Of a stretch of 64,000 bases of DNA, positions 48,582 through 57,699 are shown one piece after another. The notes below the pieces were generated by a model that was given only the letters and a program-made list of their open reading frames with translations, searched no databases and had not been told where the DNA came from. The stretch is from a virus. Where the stretch lies: IMG/VR virus record IMGVR_UViG_3300000970_000006; one strand, 5' to 3'. The stretch's first letter is position 1. The number at the start of each line of letters is the position of its first letter. Position numbers and translations under genes: made by a program.

Positions 48582-49127
48582 ATGCTTGATGAAGTACTAG
48601 TTGAAAAAATTATATCGATTGTCGAAAATGATGATAAATCAATAAAAGCCAAAAAGTCTTTCATTGACAATATTGCAAAACAGTTAAAAGCTCTTGCAAA
48701 AAATAAATTCGTTCGCATAGGTGCCGCAGGCATATTATTATGGCTTGTCAAAAAACATATTATGAAGGACGATATTCAAAGAGAAAATCTAACTAATTAT
48801 GCTACAAAATTGTTTGAAGATTTATCACCCAGAAAATCTGCCCGACAGTTTAAAGTAGGCACAAGCGTAATGAGTACTCAATATGTTCATTTGGCTTCAG
48901 GAAGTTTAAATTATGAACCGTTACACGGATTTGTAACAGCAATTGAGCCTATTCCAGAATATGATGACGCTGTATATTATATCAAAGATCAGTACGGAAT
49001 GTCGTACGCAAGTTTTCCTGGTGATATGAAAGAAGATACTTCTACTAATACAACTGCAAATATTCCACACGTTAACAAAAAAATGAGTTTGAAGAAACGT
49101 TATGATAACATCATTAGCAGTACGTAG
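48582..49127 (+). CDS. hypothetical protein
   Basis: 181 aa ORF. Confidence 0.6.
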   Translation: MLDEVLVEKIISIVENDDKSIKAKKSFIDNIAKQLKALAKNKFVRIGAAGILLWLVKKHIMKDDIQRENLTNYATKLFEDLSPRKSARQFKVGTSVMSTQYVHLASGSLNYEPLHGFVTAIEPIPEYDDAVYYIKDQYGMSYASFPGDMKEDTSTNTTANIPHVNKKMSLKKRYDNIISST

Positions 49128-49551
49128 TTTTTTAAAAACATTACCTGTATGGGTCTTTTTAATGGCCGGTATAGTAGTGTTTTATGAAGGTCTTCCATTT
49201 CTTAATTTTTCCCCTATCAATAAAATACCATATATTGGTACTGTATTAGTAGGAGAAGTCGATAGACGTGTCGCTGAAAATGAAGACAAATGGCGCCAGC
49301 GTATTAAAGACGCAAAAATAGTTCAAGACAATATTGAACAACAGGCGAAAATTGATATCGATAATAAAGCTGCCGCTTTTAGAGCACAGCGAGATTTGTT
49401 AATACAACAACAGAATTTAAATAAAGATTTGTTAAATCGCATAATCGATAGCGAATCACAAAAAGAAGGCGAAATAGATGAAAACGGTAAAGGTGTTAAT
49501 CCTCTTAATCAGTTTGTCCCTCCTAGCATCTTGCACAACCTCCGCAATTGA
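49102..49551 (+). CDS. putative inner-membrane spanin (Rz-like)
   Basis: N-terminal TM segment plus coiled coil; 3' end overlapped by a lipoprotein gene. Confidence 0.65.
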   Translation: MITSLAVRSFLKTLPVWVFLMAGIVVFYEGLPFLNFSPINKIPYIGTVLVGEVDRRVAENEDKWRQRIKDAKIVQDNIEQQAKIDIDNKAAAFRAQRDLLIQQQNLNKDLLNRIIDSESQKEGEIDENGKGVNPLNQFVPPSILHNLRN

Positions 49552-49774
49552 TTTAGTTAAAAGGCAAATTCCGCCTCTTGACGCGTCTTTACTTGAATAC
49601 TGTAACAGTCCTACCACTATTCCAATGGATAGAGTTAAATTTTCTGAATTAATTCGTATTCACAGAATGGATAGAGATAAATTAAAGCAGTGTAAATTTA
49701 AGCATGAAAAATTAGTAGAGGCATTAAAAGCTCGCGATAAAATTTTAAATTCTATTAAAGACGAACAGCTGTGA
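49478..49774 (+). CDS. putative outer-membrane lipoprotein spanin (Rz1-like)
   Basis: Lipobox LLASC, IPPLDASLLEYC..P, second Cys; overlaps the Rz-like gene. Confidence 0.7.
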   Translation: MKTVKVLILLISLSLLASCTTSAIDLVKRQIPPLDASLLEYCNSPTTIPMDRVKFSELIRIHRMDRDKLKQCKFKHEKLVEALKARDKILNSIKDEQL

Positions 49775-49944
49775 ACCAATATCAAAGAGAATTACAAAAC
49801 TTAGACGCTAAAAAATGTAAAATGTGTGATGGCACAGGCAAAATAAATGATGCTGAACCTGGTGATATATTTTATAATATTTACGTTTGTTCTACGTGCA
49901 AAGGTACCGGTATATTCGAATTAGAATATGGTTCTTCTACTTAA
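49771..49944 (+). CDS. small DnaJ-type zinc finger protein
   Basis: Hand translation from GTG contains CKMCDGTG...CSTCKGTG. Confidence 0.55.
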   Translation: MNQYQRELQNLDAKKCKMCDGTGKINDAEPGDIFYNIYVCSTCKGTGIFELEYGSST

Positions 49945-50123
49945 ATCATTAATAATATAATAAAAACAAAAATACATATTGGTACAAAGTACATTTCAAA
50001 TTCTTCAGAATTATAACCGCTTTTGCTCTCGCCTGAGCCTGAACATTCAGGACAAACTCTTAATGACATTATATTGTCATATCTACCGATAATTTTTTCG
50101 CCGTTACATTTATCGCATTTCAT
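49941..50123 (-). CDS. small DnaJ-type zinc finger protein with a C-terminal TM segment
   Basis: CDKCNG...CPECSGSG; AAGGAG SD; upstream promoter. Confidence 0.6.
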   Translation of the reverse strand: MKCDKCNGEKIIGRYDNIMSLRVCPECSGSGESKSGYNSEEFEMYFVPICIFVFIILLMI

Positions 50124-50143
50124 TAGATTTCTCCTTTACATAT

Positions 50144-50173
50144 ATTATATTAGTAATACCAAAAGCGTAAATC
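50144..50173 (-). promoter_or_regulatory. early-type promoter
   Basis: ATTTAC-17 nt-TATAAT, like the T4 early GTTTAC element. Confidence 0.55.
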
Positions 50174-50239
50174 CTTTTCTTTTAGAAACAGACACATAGT
50201 GTTATAGATTATGAAGTTAAATAATAAAGGATTATAACT

Positions 50240-50608
50240 TTGGCTAAAAAATCAGCATACTTAATGAAAATGACACCTCAGCAACGAAATCAATATGGTA
50301 ATATTGTTAGTGCTACTTTTTCGAAATTTAACAATGGCGATTTCGCAACATTTCGAACTGCACCAAAACATAAAAAAGATTTGCGCGGCAAACATCTGTC
50401 ACATACGCTTGAATCAAAAGCATCTCATTTGAAAGTATATTCGTATTCTTGGAACCCCGACGGTTCAAAATCAAGAACATATCCAACATCAGAAACACGC
50501 AAGAAAATCCGTGCATCATTAGCACGCAAACTTGGTAAAGATGTTGTTGCTTCTATGTGGAATTCCAATTACACAGACGAACATTCTCGTTCGAAAAAAG
50601 CAGCATAG
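50240..50608 (+). CDS. basic hypothetical protein
   Basis: 122 aa, AAGGA SD, TTG start. Confidence 0.65.
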   Translation: MAKKSAYLMKMTPQQRNQYGNIVSATFSKFNNGDFATFRTAPKHKKDLRGKHLSHTLESKASHLKVYSYSWNPDGSKSRTYPTSETRKKIRASLARKLGKDVVASMWNSNYTDEHSRSKKAA

Positions 50609-50861
50609 TATATCTATGGAAGACGATACGCCGTTTCAAGAATTTAACATTCCTGAAGGCTTAACGGAAGAACAACAACTTCGTATAGTTGAGCTTGAAC
50701 TTTCACCGAGAATAGAGTTCACCGAAAACGATAAATTGCTTCTTCCGGGTCTTCACGATTGCGCTGCAAATGGAAATAAACCTATATTTTCATTGATGAA
50801 GGAAGAATGGGATCGCTGCTTGTGTATAGAAAAGGAAAATTATAATTGTACAATTACTTAG
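50532..50861 (+). CDS. hypothetical protein (true start probably the internal MEDD)
   Basis: ORF coupled to the primase gene. Confidence 0.45.
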   Translation: MVKMLLLLCGIPITQTNILVRKKQHSISMEDDTPFQEFNIPEGLTEEQQLRIVELELSPRIEFTENDKLLLPGLHDCAANGNKPIFSLMKEEWDRCLCIEKENYNCTIT

Positions 50862-51862
50862 ACCACGAATACGCAGAGAAGTTGTCTCCTTACTTGTCTC
50901 TATTCAAACGTCAAAGATTTGGCTTTTATGCTTTTCGTTGTCCTGTGTGTGGCGATTCCAAAAAAGATAAATTTAAATGCCGAGCCGCTATTTTTGAAAC
51001 AGATAGCGGCTTAGGCTTTAACTGCGTTAATTGTCATCCAGGAATGTCTTTTTCTGATTTGATAAAATTCGTTAATCCTGATTTATACAACGAATATATG
51101 TTTGAAAAATTAGGAAACAAAAAAACATTTGATGAAACATCCTTTAAGCAATCATCTGTTTCGGATTTATTTTCAACTCAAGCAAAAGCCGTTGAAAAAA
51201 CAGACCCGTTTGAATTACTTAAGCCCGTAACGTCACTCCCTGAAATGCACTATGCTCGTCGATACATTCGCTCTCGTAATATAGATGAATCAGTATTTCG
51301 TTTCACGCAAAATTATCGCCAATGGGTATATGATAACATTGATGAAAATGTTACTTTAACGTCAGAAGACCCTAGGATAGTGGTAGCACTTAAAAACGAA
51401 AAACAACAAATAATTGGATATCAAGGAAGAACTCTTAAAGATGATAATGTCAAATACATGTCAAAACACGCTCCAGATACAAATGAGCCATTAGCATTTG
51501 GTCTTGACACTACAAATCAAGACAAACCATTTTGGGTTTTTGAAGGCGTAATGGATGCTTTATCTGTTCAAAATTCTGTGGCTGTACTAAATGCGTCTTT
51601 ATATCAACGAGCAGAAGTTCTTGGATTAAACAGAAATAATGCAATACTATTATTTGATAATGAACCTGGTAACAAACAAATTGCTAACAATGTAAAAAAA
51701 GCATGTACGCAAGGATATAATGTTGCATTTTGGAATTCAAATGAGCATAATGACGTTAATGATATTCACAAATCCGGTCTTCTTTTAGATGATTTGGTAA
51801 CAGTATATCAAGGGTCCAATGCACTATTAAAATACGCTCAATGGACAGGAAAGCTAATATAA
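50846..51862 (+). CDS. DNA primase (T4 gp61)
   Basis: FRCPVCGDSKK..CVNC zinc finger, GYQGR, FEGVMD, FDNEP TOPRIM motifs. Confidence 0.95.
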   Translation: MYNYLDHEYAEKLSPYLSLFKRQRFGFYAFRCPVCGDSKKDKFKCRAAIFETDSGLGFNCVNCHPGMSFSDLIKFVNPDLYNEYMFEKLGNKKTFDETSFKQSSVSDLFSTQAKAVEKTDPFELLKPVTSLPEMHYARRYIRSRNIDESVFRFTQNYRQWVYDNIDENVTLTSEDPRIVVALKNEKQQIIGYQGRTLKDDNVKYMSKHAPDTNEPLAFGLDTTNQDKPFWVFEGVMDALSVQNSVAVLNASLYQRAEVLGLNRNNAILLFDNEPGNKQIANNVKKACTQGYNVAFWNSNEHNDVNDIHKSGLLLDDLVTVYQGSNALLKYAQWTGKLI

Positions 51863-52350
51863 TGAGTCTTACACACGAACAGATAATGGCGCTAGATAAG
51901 CATTATACTATAAGAGATTTTATTACTGAATCAAATGACATCGAAGGAATACATCAATCTAGTAATCAAGAATTACAAGAATTTAAAAGATTTATTAATT
52001 TAGAAAAGGTTGAAGTTGAAGATGTTGTTAAATTTGTACATGTATTTGCAGGAGAACGCCAAAAATTACGTGTTACTCCAGGACTTAATGTAAGAGTTGG
52101 CAATTATGTTGCTCCTCCTGGTGGTCCTGAAATTTACGAACAGTTAGAATATCTTCTGTCTCAAACTGATATGCATCCTCACGAATTGTACTGTCGGTAT
52201 GAAATGCTTCATCCATTTACTGATGGAAATGGCAGATCGGGAAGAGCATTATGGTTTAGACAAATGGAATTAGTAAATCGTGGAGTATCTAGAAATTTAC
52301 TATTTTTAAAACAATTCCATTATCAATCACTAGAAAAGTATCGACTATAA
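51841..52350 (+). CDS. Fic-domain protein
   Basis: HPFTDGNGRSGR catalytic motif; N-terminal SNDIEG inhibitory-type motif. Confidence 0.9.
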   Translation: MDRKANIMSLTHEQIMALDKHYTIRDFITESNDIEGIHQSSNQELQEFKRFINLEKVEVEDVVKFVHVFAGERQKLRVTPGLNVRVGNYVAPPGGPEIYEQLEYLLSQTDMHPHELYCRYEMLHPFTDGNGRSGRALWFRQMELVNRGVSRNLLFLKQFHYQSLEKYRL

Positions 52351-52366
52351 ATAAAAGGCGTTAATC

Positions 52367-52534
52367 ATGATTAAATTACACGAACCTAATTTTAAAAATA
52401 TTCAAGGATTATCTAGTAAACAAGCGTCTGAATTAGCACAGCACGTCTGTAAATGCGCCGGAGAAAGCGGTCAAACCTTATTAGCATATAATTACCTTAA
52501 ATTATTAGCACCAATTATGGAACATAAAAATTAA
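52367..52534 (+). CDS. small hypothetical protein (55 aa)
   Basis: Hand translation MIKLHEPNFKNIQG...; TATAAATA at 52346-52353. Confidence 0.45.
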   Translation: MIKLHEPNFKNIQGLSSKQASELAQHVCKCAGESGQTLLAYNYLKLLAPIMEHKN

Positions 52535-52579
52535 TAAAATCTATATCAATAATTATCATTAAAAAGGAAAATCTAAATA

Positions 52580-54529
52580 ATGAACGAACTCCCATCGGCG
52601 TATCAGAACTATATTCATCTTTCACGTTATTCAAGATTCAATTACGAAAAAAATAGGCGTGAATCTTGGCCTGAAACTGTTGATAGGTACATGACTTTTT
52701 TTAAAGAGCATTTAAAAGAAAATCATAACTATGATATTCCTGAAAAAGATTATAACGATGTTCGTGAAGGAATTTTAACGCTTCAAGTTCTTCCTAGTAT
52801 GCGTGCTTTAATGTCTGCAGGTCCCGCATTGAAAAAGGATAACACTGCAGGATTTAATTGTGCATTTACTTATATTGATGACCCTAAAGTATTTTCTGAA
52901 ATTCTTAACATATTAATGTGTGGTACTGGAATAGGGTTTTCGGTTGAACGTCAGGCTATAGCAAAATTACCAGAAATACCAGAAGAATTATATGAGTCAG
53001 ATACAATCATTAGTGTAAGAGATTCAAAAATCGGTTGGTCTACTGCATATGACCAATTAATTAGAATGTTATTTGCTGGACATATTCCTAAATTCGATAC
53101 AACTAAAGTTCGAGCAGAAGGTACACCATTAAAAACATTTGGCGGTCGCGCATCTGGTCCTGAACCATTAGAACGCCTATTTAAATTTACAATTGATATG
53201 TTTACAAATGCTTCTGGTAGAAAATTAACAAGTGTTGAATGTCATGATTTGGTATGCATGATTGCTAATATTGTTGTGGTAGGAGGAGTTCGGCGTTCTG
53301 CATTGATTTCTTTATCAAATTTGTCAGACGAGCGTATGAGGTCAGCAAAAAGTGGAGAGTGGTGGAATACTACAGCTTATCGTTCTATCGCGAACAATTC
53401 TGCCGCGTATACAGAGACGCCCGATATTGGTATTTTCATGAAAGAATGGCTCTCTTTATATGAGTCAAAGTCAGGAGAGCGCGGTATTTTCAACAGAGAA
53501 GCTTCAAAAAAGCGCGTAAAAAGTGCTAATTTAGAACGCGCCAATTTTTTGACTGAATCTGAGCTAGAGGAGGGAACAAGAGACCCCGAACATGAATGGG
53601 GCACAAATCCGTGTAGCGAAATAATTCTTCGAAATAAACAATTCTGTAACTTATCTGTGATAGTTGCCAGAAAAGAAGACGATGATGCAACACTAGCTGA
53701 AAAAGCCCGTCTAGCTTCTATTATCGGTACATGGCAATCTACTCTTACCAAATTTAGGTTTATTAGTAAAAAATGGACTAATAATACTGAAGAAGAACGC
53801 CTTCTCGGTGTTTCTATCTGCGGTATGATGGATTCTCCTTTATTGTCTAAAGTTAATTCTAATACAGCCGAAAGACTTCAACAGCTAAAGCAGGTTACCG
53901 TAAAAACTAATTTTGAAGAAGCCAAAAAAATTGGTATTAATCCATCTAAAGCGGTAACATGCGTAAAGCCTGATGGCACAACTTCTCAATTAGTTGACGG
54001 CGCGTCAGGTATTCACTCGCGGTATTCTCCTTATTATGTTCGTCGAGTTAGAAATGATATGAACGACCCATTATCTCAATTATTAATTGACCAGGGAGTA
54101 CCTCATGAAATTGATATCATGAATCCTCGAGCATACGTGTTTTCGTTCCCTATCAAATCTCCAAAAGGTGCGATTGTACGTGACGATGTTACAGCTATTG
54201 AACAGTTGAAACACTGGATGATGGTCCAAGATAATTGGTGCGAGCATAAACCTTCGGTTACTATTAATGTAAAAGAACATGAATGGATGGAAGTCGGTTC
54301 ATATGTTTATGAGCATTTTGATAACATATCGGGTATTTCGTTCTTACCACACGATTCTGGTTCTTATCAACAAGCGCCTTATGAAGAAATTGATAAAGAA
54401 AAATATAATGAATTGGTTAAATCAATGCCGCAACTTGATTGGGAAAAATTACCTAATTATGAATCATCAGATATGACAGAAGGGGCCCAAGAGCTAGCGT
54501 GCAGTGGCGCGTCTGGATGCGATTTTTAA
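52580..54529 (+). CDS. nrdJ: class II (adenosylcobalamin-dependent) ribonucleotide reductase
   Basis: PSMRAL, NCAF, VVVGGVRRSALI, TNPCSEI, KPDGT, EHKPS, C-terminal ACSGASGC; no nrdB alongside. Confidence 0.92.
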   Translation: MNELPSAYQNYIHLSRYSRFNYEKNRRESWPETVDRYMTFFKEHLKENHNYDIPEKDYNDVREGILTLQVLPSMRALMSAGPALKKDNTAGFNCAFTYIDDPKVFSEILNILMCGTGIGFSVERQAIAKLPEIPEELYESDTIISVRDSKIGWSTAYDQLIRMLFAGHIPKFDTTKVRAEGTPLKTFGGRASGPEPLERLFKFTIDMFTNASGRKLTSVECHDLVCMIANIVVVGGVRRSALISLSNLSDERMRSAKSGEWWNTTAYRSIANNSAAYTETPDIGIFMKEWLSLYESKSGERGIFNREASKKRVKSANLERANFLTESELEEGTRDPEHEWGTNPCSEIILRNKQFCNLSVIVARKEDDDATLAEKARLASIIGTWQSTLTKFRFISKKWTNNTEEERLLGVSICGMMDSPLLSKVNSNTAERLQQLKQVTVKTNFEEAKKIGINPSKAVTCVKPDGTTSQLVDGASGIHSRYSPYYVRRVRNDMNDPLSQLLIDQGVPHEIDIMNPRAYVFSFPIKSPKGAIVRDDVTAIEQLKHWMMVQDNWCEHKPSVTINVKEHEWMEVGSYVYEHFDNISGISFLPHDSGSYQQAPYEEIDKEKYNELVKSMPQLDWEKLPNYESSDMTEGAQELACSGASGCDF

Positions 54530-54596
54530 ATTCGTAAATACCTGCATCGCACACCACATTAATCTATACATATTATAACAATAAGGACTTAGATTA

Positions 54597-55241
54597 ATGT
54601 GGCAGCCTTTTACATATAGAATAAAATGGTCAAAAATAAATAAATCTTATTATGGAATGCGGTATGGCGAAAATTCTCATCCCGATACACTATGGACAAC
54701 ATATTTTACATCATCTAAAGAAGTAATAAAATACCGCGAAATTTATGGAGAACCCGACGTAATAGAAATCAGAAAAACATTCAGTGATATTTCGTCTGCA
54801 ATAATGTATGAGCAATCGGTATTAAAAAGACTTCATGTAAGAAATAATATTAATTGGATTAATCAGCAAGAAAATGGTCCCGTCGTAACAAAAAATCCAA
54901 TGCAAGGAATAATCCATTCAAAAGAAACTAGATCAAAAATATCTAACTCGCATAAAGGAAAAATTCCTTGGAACAAAGGTAAAAAGTGTCCACAATTATC
55001 TAAACATATGATTGAAAACAATCCTATGAAAAATCCGAAAACCGCTGAAAAAGTTGGTAAAAAATTAAAAGGCAGAAAGTCTCATAATAAAATAACAAAA
55101 ACTGTTGAATGGGTGTGCGAATATTGTGGTATTGTAGAAACACGAATAAAAACGATTAAAAAGACTAATTATCGTTTTTGTAATAAGTCATGCGCAGCGT
55201 CGTACTCAAATAAAAAAAGAAAAGGTACTAAATACAAATGA
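54597..55241 (+). CDS. GIY-YIG-like homing endonuclease with NUMOD3 motif
   Basis: FTYRI..SYYGMR, YFTSSK, HSKETRSKISNSHKGKIPWNKG, C-terminal Cys cluster; TATACATA at 54565-54572. Confidence 0.85.
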   Translation: MWQPFTYRIKWSKINKSYYGMRYGENSHPDTLWTTYFTSSKEVIKYREIYGEPDVIEIRKTFSDISSAIMYEQSVLKRLHVRNNINWINQQENGPVVTKNPMQGIIHSKETRSKISNSHKGKIPWNKGKKCPQLSKHMIENNPMKNPKTAEKVGKKLKGRKSHNKITKTVEWVCEYCGIVETRIKTIKKTNYRFCNKSCAASYSNKKRKGTKYK

Positions 55242-55750
55242 CTCAATATGTCGGAACTTTAAGAAACGATAGTAGTATAGTTCTTGATTTAAACGAATAT
55301 ACTGAAAGCGTATTACCGGCTGAAAGGCGTATAAGCAATTATTATATTCCATCTGGTTGGGATGCCGGCCCCGTATATTGGGACCTTCAAGGCAATCATT
55401 TAGGTAATACTAAAAATCACGAATTAGATATAATGTTTGTTAATGGAATACCAATAGAAAAATTTGATTTTATAAAGGCTCAAAAAATGAACAAAACAAT
55501 TGAAATATCTGATGACTTTTATGTTCATATTTATAATGAAATACAAAATGGTATTAATGATATATTTAATAAATTTATAGGCATGCCCAATAATCTATCA
55601 ATTAGGCTCGCGATTGAAAATGAAATAACTAATTATATTTCATATATAAAAAATAAATATTCTGATTATGTTATTGACAGTTTTCCATTTGATGTTGAAT
55701 TTGGCGAAAACACTTGTAATATAAATGTTTATAAAACTAAAGACCTGTAA
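55238..55750 (+). CDS. hypothetical protein
   Basis: 170 aa coupled ORF. Confidence 0.55.
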   Translation: MTQYVGTLRNDSSIVLDLNEYTESVLPAERRISNYYIPSGWDAGPVYWDLQGNHLGNTKNHELDIMFVNGIPIEKFDFIKAQKMNKTIEISDDFYVHIYNEIQNGINDIFNKFIGMPNNLSIRLAIENEITNYISYIKNKYSDYVIDSFPFDVEFGENTCNINVYKTKDL

Positions 55751-56001
55751 ACCGAAAAATTAATACTACAATGCCGCTACACTATAATTTATTTGTTGAT
55801 AAAAAAGGACAAATATTAATTGATAATCTGTAAATTCTATTTTACCGGACAATTTCATTCTTTCTTTCAACCACCAGTTCGTTTTTTATGCGAACTAAAC
55901 CTTTAGCCATTTCCGCGTATAACGATTCGTTAATCTCTCGGCCAATAAATGATTTCAAATATTTGCGAGTTCTAATTTGTAAAATTTTTGAAAATTCGTT
56001 A

Positions 56002-56439
56002 TCAGTCATCGAAAAGCTTTTCTATTTTAGTAAAAATTCTTTTAAGCGTACGTGCTCCATGTGTGCGTAGTGTAGTATCTTGCTCATAATTTACTGTCGC
56101 AATTTTATCAATCCAGTTTAAAACATTTTTATATTTTTCAATAATGTTTTCCTCTTGCTTAGGATTAAAATAGCGCCATTCAAGGACTTTAACATTTCTT
56201 GTTTCATCTAATTCTACAAAACAATCATGGCCCCAATTCCAACCAATAATTACCCATTCAGGTCCATCATCATGATTGTCTCTAAATGAACAACCTGATA
56301 CCCAGTCAGGACCTTCTTTGTCTTCATACCCGCGAACATAACCGTTGTAATCGTCGTCAGGGTCAAAATCAACCAACAAACGAAGCATCGTTCCATCTTT
56401 AGGTGCGGTACTTATATCCGTAAAATTTATGTTTGCCAT
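56002..56439 (-). CDS. hypothetical protein
   Basis: DISTAPKDGT N-terminal motif common in small phage proteins; GGAG SD. Confidence 0.65.
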   Translation of the reverse strand: MANINFTDISTAPKDGTMLRLLVDFDPDDDYNGYVRGYEDKEGPDWVSGCSFRDNHDDGPEWVIIGWNWGHDCFVELDETRNVKVLEWRYFNPKQEENIIEKYKNVLNWIDKIATVNYEQDTTLRTHGARTLKRIFTKIEKLFDD

Positions 56440-56499
56440 TCTTTAAGAATCTCCATTAATAATTTATATTAACATAAATTTACACAGGAATAAAATCAA

Positions 56500-57390
56500 T
56501 TGTCTCTAAAAAATAAAACGTTTCGTCCTCTATTAGCAGAAAAAGCAGATTCAAAAAAAATTAAATTTCCGGTTATGGTTAGTCCAAAATTAGATGGCAT
56601 TCGCTGTTTGATTAAAGATGGCGAAGCCGTATCTCGTTCATTAAAACCAATACCTAATGATTATATTAGAGCTCTATTAAAAACAGCTAAAAATGGTTTC
56701 GACGGAGAATTAATAACTCTTACAAATGGTGAGCCCGATGATTTTAATACAATACAATCAAAGGTTATGAGCAAAGACGGAACTACGGATTTTTTATATT
56801 ATGTGTTTGACGATTTTACTAATGCCGAAGACACTTATTATGATAGATTTCTGTCTAAAACCTTTGATGACTTAGACACTACATTTATCAGATTTGTGCC
56901 CCAAATACGAATTAATAATATTAAAGACCTAATATCATATGAACAACAATATGTCGATGCTAAATTTGAAGGTATAATGCTTCGCGATATGTTAGGACGA
57001 TACAAATATGGCCGTTCTACTATTAATGAAGGCATATTACTAAAAATGAAACGGTTTGACGATTCTGAGGCAATAGTTATTGGCTATACTGAAAAAATGG
57101 AAAATCAAAATGAAAAAGAAATAGATGCTTTAGGATTATCCAAACGTTCAACAAAAAAAGAAAATATGATTCCCGCTGGTACTTTAGGTAATATAATATG
57201 TAAATGGAAGGACCAAACAATTGAATTAGGTTCTGGATTTACAGATGAACAGCGGAAATTAATATGGGATAATCAAGATAAATTTATTCGTAACCTAGTT
57301 ACTTTTTCATATCAGGGAATCGGACCGAACGGAAAACCGCGATTTCCGGTCTTTCTAGGATTTAGAAAAGATATAACTGCAGATGACTAA
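56500..57390 (+). CDS. ATP-dependent DNA ligase (minimal type)
   Basis: PKLDGIR, FDGEL, EGIMLR, LLKMK, GSGF, PRFP. Confidence 0.95.
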   Translation: MSLKNKTFRPLLAEKADSKKIKFPVMVSPKLDGIRCLIKDGEAVSRSLKPIPNDYIRALLKTAKNGFDGELITLTNGEPDDFNTIQSKVMSKDGTTDFLYYVFDDFTNAEDTYYDRFLSKTFDDLDTTFIRFVPQIRINNIKDLISYEQQYVDAKFEGIMLRDMLGRYKYGRSTINEGILLKMKRFDDSEAIVIGYTEKMENQNEKEIDALGLSKRSTKKENMIPAGTLGNIICKWKDQTIELGSGFTDEQRKLIWDNQDKFIRNLVTFSYQGIGPNGKPRFPVFLGFRKDITADD

Positions 57391-57640
57391 CGATTTAATA
57401 AATGCTTCATTTGAATTCGTGATGGCCGTTACGATTTTTTATTCTTGCCTAACTTTATATCGAGATAAAAAAGTTAGAGGTTTATCTGTTTGGATGGTCG
57501 CATTTCCTACTGCTTGGGGTTTTTGGAACATTTATTATTACCCGTCTCTTGGACAGACATTAAGCTTTATTGGTGGTCTTTTCATAGTTGCAGCTAATTG
57601 TTTATACCTAAGTTTGATATTTAAGTATAGAAAAAACTAA
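57383..57640 (+). CDS. three-TM membrane protein, SemiSWEET/PQ-loop-like
   Basis: 85 aa; LYRDKKVRGLS loop, W..Y in TM2, Asn in TM3. Confidence 0.55.
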   Translation: MTNDLINASFEFVMAVTIFYSCLTLYRDKKVRGLSVWMVAFPTAWGFWNIYYYPSLGQTLSFIGGLFIVAANCLYLSLIFKYRKN

Positions 57641-57643
57641 TTG

Positions 57644-57672
57644 TGTACATTAATCAATAAAAAATCTATAAT
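57644..57672 (+). promoter_or_regulatory. early-type promoter
   Basis: TGTACA-17 nt-TATAAT, followed by an AAGGAG SD. Confidence 0.65.
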
Positions 57673-57699
57673 AGGTGTACAAAATTAAGGAGAAATACA

